From: Rhodospirillales bacterium | GTDB lineage: Bacteria > Pseudomonadota > Alphaproteobacteria > Bin95 | Direction of reading: 5' to 3' | Length of the DNA: 56,958 nt | NCBI GenBank assembly: GCA_008081395.1 | Contig: VMCJ01000026.1 | Coordinates: 1-56,958 of the forward strand | Shown: in pieces, positions 47,773-55,639 of the stretch | How the letters are laid out: each line of letters starts with the position of its first letter | Numbering within the stretch: position 1 is the first letter of the stretch | The notes under the pieces: generated by a model | Database searches by the model: none | What the model was told of the DNA's origin: nothing | The model's input: only the letters and a program-made list of their open reading frames with translations | Position numbers and translations under genes: made by a program

Positions 47773-49410
47773 ATGTCGAAATCTACTAGCCCTTATGACT
47801 TTCACCTCGATCGTAATCTTGCCAATTTTGAGCCGCTATCGCCCCTGCAATTCTTAGAGCGTGCAGCTTGGACTTTCCCAAACAAGACTGCTGTTATTCA
47901 TGGAGCTTTAGAGAGGACCTGGGGAGAAACCCGCGCGCGGTGTCATAAACTGGCAGATGCACTGGTTAAAAGAGGTATTGGGAAAGGCGACACTGTCGCT
48001 GTCCTTGCTGCGAATACGCCTGAAATGATGGAATTACATTTTGGAGTTCCACTCACTGGCGCTGTTATTAACACTATCAACACTCGGCTCGATGCAGGAA
48101 TTATTGGTTTCATTCTTGATCACGGTGAAGCAAGTGCAGTGTTTGTAGATCGTGAGTTTTCAGAAACGATGGCTGAAGCTTTGAAGATAGCTAAAGTCCA
48201 GCCGTTCGTTATTGATATCGATGATCCTGAGTTTGAAGGGCCTGGAAGTTGTATCGGGGAGATGAATTTCGAAGCATTTCTAGCGTCCGGTGATGAAAAT
48301 TATCCGTACCGCGCTCCAGCGGACGAGTGGGACGCAATTTCCCTAAATTATACTTCTGGGACAACTGGGGATCCTAAGGGTGTGGTCTACTCTCATCGCG
48401 GCGCTTATTTGGCTTCAATGTGCAATGCGCTGACTTGGTCTATGCCTCAGCAACCTGTCTACCTTTGGACGCTTCCAATGTTCCATTGTAATGGCTGGTG
48501 TTTTCCATGGGCGTTAGCCTTGCAAGCAGGTGTAAACGTTTGCTTGCGGCAAGTTCGTGCTGGCGCAATTTTTGATGCTATAGCCAAGCACAAAGTTGAC
48601 CACATGTGTGGTGCTCCAATTGTTCTGAATTTGATAGCCAATGCCAAACCTTCAGAAAAAAAGACCTTTGATCATGTGGTTAAAGTCATGACAGCCGCAG
48701 CTCCTCCGCCGCCATCCACACTTGAGGCGATGGAAAGAGAAGGCTTTGATGTTCTTCACGTTTACGGTCTAACAGAAACCTATGGTCCGAGTGTGGTTTG
48801 CGCTTGGCATGATGAGTGGAATGAGCTCGCACCTGCTGATAAGGCCGCTGTGAAGGCGAGGCAGGGGGTTCGTTATGCAGCACTAGATGATTTGAGTGTC
48901 CGTGATCCTGAAACAATGGAGGTTGTTCCCGACGATGGCGAAACAATCGCCGAAGTGATGATGCGCGGTAACATCGTCATGAAAGGCTATCTTAAGAATC
49001 CTGGCTCGACTGATGCAGCCTTTAAAGGGGGCTGGTTTCATTCCGGCGACCTCGGGGTTATGCATGATGATGGTTATATTGCCCTCAAAGACCGCTCCAA
49101 AGACATTATTATCTCTGGTGGAGAAAATATCTCTTCAGTGGAGGTGGAGCAGACACTTTACCGCCATCCCGCTGTATCAGAGGCAGCTGTTGTAGCGCGA
49201 CCAGATGAACGCTGGGGGGAAACTCCATGCGCCTTTTTAGAGATAAAAGATGGAGCAAATGAACCTTCTGAGGATGAGGTTATTCAATTCTGCCGTGATA
49301 ATATGGCTAGTTTTAAAGTCCCAAAGCGCGTGGTTTTCGGGCCGCTTCCAAAGACTTCCACTGGAAAGGTGCAAAAGTTTGTTTTGCGAGAGAGAGCAAA
49401 AGATCTTTGA
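47773..49410 (+). CDS. AMP-forming acyl-CoA synthetase (medium/short-chain type)
   Basis: 545 aa. LNYTSGTTGDPKGVVYSHRG, YGLTET, SGDLG, GGENISS, and C-terminal TSTGKVQK. Confidence 0.9.
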   Translation: MSKSTSPYDFHLDRNLANFEPLSPLQFLERAAWTFPNKTAVIHGALERTWGETRARCHKLADALVKRGIGKGDTVAVLAANTPEMMELHFGVPLTGAVINTINTRLDAGIIGFILDHGEASAVFVDREFSETMAEALKIAKVQPFVIDIDDPEFEGPGSCIGEMNFEAFLASGDENYPYRAPADEWDAISLNYTSGTTGDPKGVVYSHRGAYLASMCNALTWSMPQQPVYLWTLPMFHCNGWCFPWALALQAGVNVCLRQVRAGAIFDAIAKHKVDHMCGAPIVLNLIANAKPSEKKTFDHVVKVMTAAAPPPPSTLEAMEREGFDVLHVYGLTETYGPSVVCAWHDEWNELAPADKAAVKARQGVRYAALDDLSVRDPETMEVVPDDGETIAEVMMRGNIVMKGYLKNPGSTDAAFKGGWFHSGDLGVMHDDGYIALKDRSKDIIISGGENISSVEVEQTLYRHPAVSEAAVVARPDERWGETPCAFLEIKDGANEPSEDEVIQFCRDNMASFKVPKRVVFGPLPKTSTGKVQKFVLRERAKDL

Positions 49411-49417
49411 TCCCGAT

Positions 49418-50635
49418 CTAAACTACACCTTTCGCTTTTAAATCTAGTACTTGCTCGGCACTAAAGCCCAAAAGGTCTTCGAGCACGCTTTTATTTGCAT
49501 TTCCAAGTGCAGGACCCAAGTTCATGACCTTTCCTGGTGTGCGTGAAAGCCTTGGTATGACGGCAGGAATTGTAACTTGTCCAGCTTCCGGGTCGTTGAT
49601 CGTTTCTAAATTGCCCCGTGTCTGAAAGTGCGGATCATCGAAGATTTCATTTATTGCGTTGACAGCTCCTATTGGAACTTCATTTTCCACGCAGATTTCT
49701 ATCACCTGGTCTCTCGCCATTGACCCGGTCCACTTTGAGACGAGGTCTTCTACCGTATCCCTTTCAGCTAATCGCTGGGCTGAGGTTGCATATGTTTCGG
49801 ATGATGAAAGTTCTGCCTTCCCCATGGCTCGAGCTAAACGTTCAAACATTTTGTCGGAGGTGCAGGCAATAGCAACCCATCTGTCGTCGCCACATTTAAA
49901 GTGACCGTGGGGACACGCATTGACTGTGCTTATTCCTTCCCGGCCACGCACAAACCCTGTGGCTGCGTAAGCTGGCGCCAACTCATCGAGAGCACGAAAA
50001 ACACTTTCATAAAGTGCTAGGTCAATTTCTTGACCCTGGCCTGATTTGTCCCGTTCTTTTAACGCAAGCAGAATTCCAATAGCGCCGTACATACCGGTCA
50101 TGTAGTCACCGAGTGAGGTCGAACCTGGTGTAACAGGTGGTCCATCAGGCATCCCTGCAAGATGCGTAAGCCCTCCAAAGGCATGAGCGATCCTGGCGAA
50201 CCCAGGACGGGTTTTATAAGGCCCTGTTTGGCCGTAACCAGAAACGCGCATCAGGATGATTTTTGGATTTATTTTGGACAGCACATCATAGCCTAGACCC
50301 CATTTTTCTAAGGTGCCTGGGCGAAAGTTTTCCGTTACGACGTCTGCTTCTGCTACAAGGCGCTTAAATATCTCTGCGCCCTCAGATGTTTTGAGGTTTA
50401 GCGTTAAAGAGCGCTTGTTCCGTGCCTCAGTAAGCCAAGCTAAGGTCGAGTCCTCGCGTTGAGATTTTGTTCCGTAACGTCTCCAGGGATCACCAGCTCC
50501 AGGCTGTTCAATTTTTATGACATCAGCTCCGAACTCACCCAGAATAGCTGCAGCCATAGGCGCTGCGATAAACGTTGCTATATCAAGAACTCTTGTGCCG
50601 GCCATAGGCATTGCGGGCATAGGTGTTTCCATCAT
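49418..50635 (-). CDS. Family III CoA-transferase-like protein, paralogue 3 (catalytic Asp position is Ala)
   Basis: 405 aa. GTRVLDI...AAP.AAAILGEFGADVIKIE and ENFRPG. In a gapless alignment, the residue 40 positions after RPG is Ala147 (GCC, 50195-50197) in PGFARIAHAFGG. Paralogues 1 and 2 have YD there. Confidence 0.85.
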   Translation of the reverse strand: MMETPMPAMPMAGTRVLDIATFIAAPMAAAILGEFGADVIKIEQPGAGDPWRRYGTKSQREDSTLAWLTEARNKRSLTLNLKTSEGAEIFKRLVAEADVVTENFRPGTLEKWGLGYDVLSKINPKIILMRVSGYGQTGPYKTRPGFARIAHAFGGLTHLAGMPDGPPVTPGSTSLGDYMTGMYGAIGILLALKERDKSGQGQEIDLALYESVFRALDELAPAYAATGFVRGREGISTVNACPHGHFKCGDDRWVAIACTSDKMFERLARAMGKAELSSSETYATSAQRLAERDTVEDLVSKWTGSMARDQVIEICVENEVPIGAVNAINEIFDDPHFQTRGNLETINDPEAGQVTIPAVIPRLSRTPGKVMNLGPALGNANKSVLEDLLGFSAEQVLDLKAKGVV

Positions 50636-50749
50636 TGGGTCCTTGGAAAATAATTTTTACTACTTTGGCAATTTCCAGTGCAGCCCGCAGTATTAGCTGG
50701 CGCGGCGCAACAAATTGGTTTTCAACAATAGCCGAATAAGTGACTGCCG

Positions 50750-51355
50750 TTACTCTTTTAACGCTTCAGGTCCTAACAAAGCTTCTCGGAAACGTGCCAT
50801 GCCAATAACGCCATTTCTGATAGGCATCTGAACGGGTGGCATATTTGCGGTGATCTCTACTAAGCCAAACACTGGTCCTGGCCCGTTCATTACCAGGTCG
50901 CGCAGTTCATCAATTCCAGCATCGTCATTAACTCTACGCACGGTTTGGAAGCCTGATGCGGCTGCAACCCCCGCTAGATCAAGGTTAACGCCAGTATGAC
51001 TAATCTGTCCCCCTGTTTCACCAAAGCGACCATTGTCTAAGCAGACAACTGACAGATTATCCGGTTTGCGCCATCCGATAGTTGCTAGAGCCCACATGCC
51101 CATTGCAAGCTCGGCGTCACCAACTAGTGCAACAACACGCTTGTTTGGTTGAGCGGTAGCGAGACCGAGGGCAGTTGGTGTAGCACTGCCCATCGCTCCA
51201 AGAAGATAGAAATTTAGAGGTGTTTCGCCGGCTGTTTCGGCATCCCAAATTGCAGATCCCAATCCAGCAACGATCAGAAGATCGGGGCTGCGTTCTGCGA
51301 GGAGACGGTGAACAGCACCGCGGCGCTCAAGTCGGTTTTGCGATCCCGTGGTCAT
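50750..51355 (-). CDS. ThDP-dependent decarboxylase, beta (PP-domain) subunit, ComE/Ppd-like
   Basis: 201 aa. Diphosphate/Mg motif GDAELAMGMWALATIG...VVCLDNG. Confidence 0.8.
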   Translation of the reverse strand: MTTGSQNRLERRGAVHRLLAERSPDLLIVAGLGSAIWDAETAGETPLNFYLLGAMGSATPTALGLATAQPNKRVVALVGDAELAMGMWALATIGWRKPDNLSVVCLDNGRFGETGGQISHTGVNLDLAGVAAASGFQTVRRVNDDAGIDELRDLVMNGPGPVFGLVEITANMPPVQMPIRNGVIGMARFREALLGPEALKE

Positions 51356-51367
51356 CTTTAGCGCCTC

Positions 51368-51889
51368 CTAAAATACTTTAGCGCCAGTAGCGCGCTGAGA
51401 AATAAGCGTGAACACGGGTAGGTATGAATTAAACGCTAATCTGCCACTTGCCTCAGTGACTGGGATGACGTCAGCAGGAGTTTCTGCCCTGTTCACTACG
51501 ATATTGGCAGCTTCAAGCATTCGAGGAATCGACTGACCCATAGGTGTTTGCCATCCGTTAAACTCGCCCCATTCACCTCGCATGGTTGCGATAGCAAAAA
51601 ACGGAGCGCCAGTGGAATGGACTAAGCCAAGCGCATTAATTGCATTGCCAATTCCGCTTGATTGCATCAATACGCAGGAGCGCCGGCCACCTAGCCATGC
51701 GCCAACGCACACCCCAACAGACTCAAATTCGTTCACCAATGGAAAACAATCTATTTCCGGGTCCGCTAAGCAACGGTCAATAAGCTTTGCGTGCCCAGCG
51801 TCTGGCACATAGACCACTTGTGAAATCTTTAAAGCTTTAATGGAATCATACAGCTGGTCTTTCCAGCCGGCGTCTACAGCTTCGACCAT
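51368..51889 (-). CDS. ThDP-dependent decarboxylase, alpha (PYR-domain) subunit, ComD/Ppd-like
   Basis: 173 aa. VVYVPDAG...L.....NEFESVGVCVGAWLGGRRSCVLMQSSGIGNAINAL, with the catalytic Glu of the PYR domain. 12 nt upstream of the beta subunit. Confidence 0.8.
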   Translation of the reverse strand: MVEAVDAGWKDQLYDSIKALKISQVVYVPDAGHAKLIDRCLADPEIDCFPLVNEFESVGVCVGAWLGGRRSCVLMQSSGIGNAINALGLVHSTGAPFFAIATMRGEWGEFNGWQTPMGQSIPRMLEAANIVVNRAETPADVIPVTEASGRLAFNSYLPVFTLISQRATGAKVF

Positions 51890-51900
51890 AATTTTTTCCT

Positions 51901-53184
51901 CTATTCGGCGGGGGTGGTTGCAGGAGTGTTAGTCCGCAACCTACCCACTGGCCTTTCATCTATGAATAGATGACAGACCCCTGACAAAATTCCAAGTCCA
52001 ATCGATGCAAACCAAATCACATCGTAGCTTCCAAGGTGGTCGAATGCTAACGCTCCCAACCATGCCCCAAGGAAACTTCCTATTTGGTGACTGAAGAAGA
52101 CAACGCCAAAGAGCATGGTCATGTATTGTGTGCCGAATAGCTGAGCAACCAGGCCCTGTGTCGGAGGAACGGTTGATAGCCAAAGAATTCCTAGTACAGC
52201 TGAAAAAATATAGACAGACCATTCAGTTACTGGGAACAGAAGAAATGCGCCAACTAGAGCCGCGCGGCCAAAATAGATAACAGAAAGCACGCCTTTTTTA
52301 CTTAAGAAGCTTACGATTACGCCTACTCCGAGGCAGGAAACAACATTAAATACGCCAATGATCATGAGGGCAGTTGCCCCAAGCTGCCAGCCAAGGCCTT
52401 CTGATTCGAGATAATTGGAGAAGTGAGCTCCAACAAAAGTGACGTGAAATCCACATACGAAGAAACCAATTGTGAGCAAAAGATAGCCTTTATGTCTCAG
52501 AGCTTCAGTCAGTGCCGATCCAACCGTTTGGTGGGCAACAGCAGCAGTGGTGGGTTCGCCATCATTGCGCTTACGTCCAATGAAGGGTGCTAGAAGCAGC
52601 ATGGGTAGAGTTAATACGGCAACTGCTAGGAACGCCGCTGACCATCCTTGTGTTTCAAGTAGTGTCCGCCCAATAGGTGTTAAAATGATCATGCCTGCTG
52701 AAGAAGCGGAAGTTATTAAACCAAATGCAATGGTCCGTTTGCTCTCATCGACAAGCCTACCGATTGCCCCTAGCACAATACCCATTCCAGCTGCGGCTTG
52801 TGCTGTTCCTATCATCAGGCCTGCTGATAGGAAGAAAACAGTGGGTTCGTTTGCCATGGACATGACCCATAGTCCGGCAATCTGGAGAAGGGCGCCAAAA
52901 ACTAGAACTCTCGGGGCCCCATAACGATCAGCCAAGCCGCCAAACACTGGGGATAAAGCTCCCCACATCAGATTTTGGGTTGCAATGGCGATTGTAAAAT
53001 TGCTGCTGGACCAACCGAGGTCCTGAAGCATTGGTGCCTGCCAAAGCGGTGTCATGTTTCTGACACCCATAGAAATAAGCGCTATCACGGCTCCACAAAA
53101 AATCATGAAGCCAATCGGTACCCCACCTTTAGAGGATGAAGTTGAGTGGGATGCACGTAACTCTCGTGATTCTTGTTCTGACAT
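51901..53184 (-). CDS. MFS transporter
   Basis: About 12 TM segments. Loop 2-3 motif GGLADRYGAPRV. The track start 53208 is TTG. ATG 53184 gives MSEQESREL... Confidence 0.85.
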   Translation of the reverse strand: MSEQESRELRASHSTSSSKGGVPIGFMIFCGAVIALISMGVRNMTPLWQAPMLQDLGWSSSNFTIAIATQNLMWGALSPVFGGLADRYGAPRVLVFGALLQIAGLWVMSMANEPTVFFLSAGLMIGTAQAAAGMGIVLGAIGRLVDESKRTIAFGLITSASSAGMIILTPIGRTLLETQGWSAAFLAVAVLTLPMLLLAPFIGRKRNDGEPTTAAVAHQTVGSALTEALRHKGYLLLTIGFFVCGFHVTFVGAHFSNYLESEGLGWQLGATALMIIGVFNVVSCLGVGVIVSFLSKKGVLSVIYFGRAALVGAFLLFPVTEWSVYIFSAVLGILWLSTVPPTQGLVAQLFGTQYMTMLFGVVFFSHQIGSFLGAWLGALAFDHLGSYDVIWFASIGLGILSGVCHLFIDERPVGRLRTNTPATTPAE

Positions 53185-53214
53185 TGATCTTGTTCCAGTC
53201 CGAGACAAAAAAGG

Positions 53215-53382
53215 TTACCAACCACACAAAGTTTTAAGTGTTTCCCCCACCCAAAGCAGTGTTTCGGCCGTTTGCTTATAGAAAGGTGCCGCTATTGCTG
53301 TAGCCAAAATAATAGCCGCGCCACCAAGAATGCCCCATCGAGGGACATGGATTGCGGACTTCTCGTTTTCGCTTTTAGGCAT
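53215..53382 (-). CDS. Hypothetical 55-aa single-TM protein (below the ORF-track length cut-off)
   Basis: ATG..TAA ORF encoding MPKSENEKSAIHVPRWGILGGAAIILATAIAAPFYKQTAETLLWVGETLKTLCGW. One clear hydrophobic helix. It ends 30 nt before the MFS ATG. No convincing SD. Confidence 0.25.
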   Translation of the reverse strand: MPKSENEKSAIHVPRWGILGGAAIILATAIAAPFYKQTAETLLWVGETLKTLCGW

Positions 53383-53515
53383 AGACTGCACCGTGACTAA
53401 TCCATGGGATGCATGCAGGCAATGGTGAAGCGGATTGTTCTTGTTCTTGCTTGCATCGATTTGTTACGACGTTTTAGCAGGCAAACGCCAGATATTTTTA
53501 AGGGGAGAATTAAAA

Positions 53516-54283
53516 GTGGATGTAAAGGGTGAAGCAGCCATTGTGACCGGTGGTGCCTCCGGTTTGGGTCGAGCGACTGCAGAGGCTCTCGTGGCTGCAG
53601 GTGCTAGGGTTGCACTAATTGACCGAAATGCAGATCTAGTCGCGGCGACGGCCCAAGAGATAGGTGCTCTTGCAGCACCTGCTGATGTCACCGATCCGGC
53701 TTCGGTCACTGCCGCCCTCTCCAAAGCGCGAGAAGCACATGGTGTCGCCAGAATTTGTGTGAATTGTGCTGGCATTGGTGGATCTGTGCGTATCGTTGAC
53801 CGGCAGGGTGCTCCAATGGACCTAGACCATTTTCGGCAAATTATTGAGGTTAACCTAATCGGTACATTTAATGTTTTGCGCCTTGCTGCTGCGGATATGG
53901 CTTCCCTAGAGGCGAAGACTGAGGATGGTCTTAAGGGTGTGGTTGTAAATACTGCAAGTGTCGCGGGTTACGAGGGGCAGGTGGGGCAGGCTGCTTATAC
54001 TGCCTCAAAAGGCGGTGTGATTGGTTTAACGGTTCAATCTGCCCGCGATCTATCAAGTCATGGTATCCGCGTTTGCACCATTGCTCCTGGCATTATGTTA
54101 ACTCCACTTTTGATGGGATTGCCGGAGGCGACCCTAGACCTTTTGGGTGATCAAGTGCCATTTCCAAAGCGTACTGGCCATCCTTCAGAATATGGATCGC
54201 TGGCCATGGAAATAATTCGCAATGATTATTTAAATGGTGAAGTTATAAGGCTTGATGGGGCAATTAGAATGGCGCCACGATAA
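53516..54283 (+). CDS. SDR, 3-hydroxyacyl-CoA dehydrogenase type-2 (HSD17B10)-like
   Basis: The GTG at 53516 has AGGGGAG 8 nt upstream and gives MDVKGEAAIVTGGASGLG. Canonical YTASK. The track start 53435 (TTG) is an extension. Confidence 0.85.
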   Translation: MDVKGEAAIVTGGASGLGRATAEALVAAGARVALIDRNADLVAATAQEIGALAAPADVTDPASVTAALSKAREAHGVARICVNCAGIGGSVRIVDRQGAPMDLDHFRQIIEVNLIGTFNVLRLAAADMASLEAKTEDGLKGVVVNTASVAGYEGQVGQAAYTASKGGVIGLTVQSARDLSSHGIRVCTIAPGIMLTPLLMGLPEATLDLLGDQVPFPKRTGHPSEYGSLAMEIIRNDYLNGEVIRLDGAIRMAPR

Positions 54284-54444
54284 GAAAAAATTTCTTTTAA
54301 TGGCTTCTTAGACAAGAGAAAATTCAACTTTTCTTATAGTGGCCAAGTGGTCTTTCAAGGGGTGCGTCAAGAAGCTCTTGCCTGATGGTATATTAGGCGG
54401 GTATGTTGCTAACCTTAAACCAAAAATCCTCAGGGAGGAATTAA

Positions 54445-55506
54445 ATGAAACTTTCGACCAAAATCGGTCTGGTTTCGGCCGCAGCGGCCATCGCGCTAGC
54501 CGCGACGTCTGCACAGGCTGACCGAGTCCGTTGGAAGCTCCACAGTGCGTGGGGTTCTTCAGTACCTCATCTTGGAACTTCAGGTGTACGTTTTTCAAAG
54601 ACCGTCAACGATATGACGGGCGGCGAAATGCAACTCAAATTCTTTGAGCCAGGTGCGCTGATCCCAGCAAACGAAGGCTTTGACGCTACGTCTAAGGGTT
54701 CTGTTGAAGCAGCCTGGACAACAGCGGGTTATGACGTTGGTAAGGCTCCGTTCCTTGCATTCTTCACGTCTGTTCCATTTGGCCCAAGCTATGGCGAATA
54801 TTTTGCATGGAAAGTTTACGGCGGTGGTAACGAAATCCAGCAAAAGTTCTATGCTGATAACGGCATCAAGCAGATGGATTGCTTTGCTATCGGCCCAGAA
54901 ACTTCTGGCTGGTTCCGCAAGGAAATTAAGGAGCTTGACGAGCTTCGTGGCATGAAAATGCGTTTCTTCGGTCTTGGCGCTCGCGTCATGCAGAAGATCG
55001 GAGTGTCAACCCAGCTCCTTGCTGGTGGCGACATCTTCCCAGCTCTTGAAAAGGGCGTTATCGATGCAACCGAATTCTCGATGCCAGCAATGGACATCAA
55101 GTACGGCTTCTATCAGATCGCTAAGTACAACTACTTCCCAGGTTGGCACCAGCAAACCTCAGTTAGCCAAATTCTTATCAACATGGATAAGTGGAATGGT
55201 CTAACTGATGCTCAGCGTCGTATTCTCGAGGTTGCTTGTGGTGAAAGCATCCACAACACCTATGCAGAGACCGAAGCTGTCAACCCAGGCGCAATGGTAG
55301 AAATGGGCACCAAGTATGGTGTTAAGACCATGCGTTGGAGAGATGACCAGCTCGCAGTATTCGAGCAGGCTTGGCTTGATGTCTTGAATGAGGACTCTGC
55401 TAAGGATGCCAAATTCAAGGAAACTGCTGATAGCTATCTTGCCTTCCGTAAATCCTACGCCAAGTGGGGTGCGGCTCAGGCTATGAACGCAACCTATCTC
55501 AAGTAA
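54445..55506 (+). CDS. TRAP transporter substrate-binding protein (DctP family, mannitol/chloroaromatic-type subgroup)
   Basis: 353 aa. Signal peptide ..ATSAQA|D. RWKLHSAW and GYDVGK.P...FFT.VPFG are typical of this subgroup. AGGGAGG RBS. Confidence 0.9.
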   Translation: MKLSTKIGLVSAAAAIALAATSAQADRVRWKLHSAWGSSVPHLGTSGVRFSKTVNDMTGGEMQLKFFEPGALIPANEGFDATSKGSVEAAWTTAGYDVGKAPFLAFFTSVPFGPSYGEYFAWKVYGGGNEIQQKFYADNGIKQMDCFAIGPETSGWFRKEIKELDELRGMKMRFFGLGARVMQKIGVSTQLLAGGDIFPALEKGVIDATEFSMPAMDIKYGFYQIAKYNYFPGWHQQTSVSQILINMDKWNGLTDAQRRILEVACGESIHNTYAETEAVNPGAMVEMGTKYGVKTMRWRDDQLAVFEQAWLDVLNEDSAKDAKFKETADSYLAFRKSYAKWGAAQAMNATYLK

Positions 55507-55515
55507 GGTTGCCTT

Positions 55516-55589
55516 GTGGCGCTCCTTATAGAGGAGTGCCACATTTGCATTCAGGGGCGCCAAAGATAATCAATCTTGGCGTCCCGTTT
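55516..55589 (+). terminator. Two tandem hairpins between the TRAP SBP and permease genes (attenuators)
   Basis: Hairpin 1: GTGGCGCTCC (55516-25) / GGAGTGCCAC (55533-42), 10 bp with one G.U. Hairpin 2: GGGGCGCCAAAGAT (55554-67) / ATCTTGGCGTCCC (55573-85), 13 bp with one bulge, then GTTTG. Confidence 0.45.
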
Positions 55590-55639
55590 GCAAATACACG
55601 GTTAGTTACATTCAAATTTTGTATAAAAGGTTATTGTCG

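Noticed and set aside
54308-54598. A 96-aa minus-strand ORF spanning the spacer before the TRAP SBP gene.
   Set aside because: It overlaps the well-supported SBP start and signal peptide, has no RBS and no motif, and the spacer is needed for the SBP promoter and RBS.
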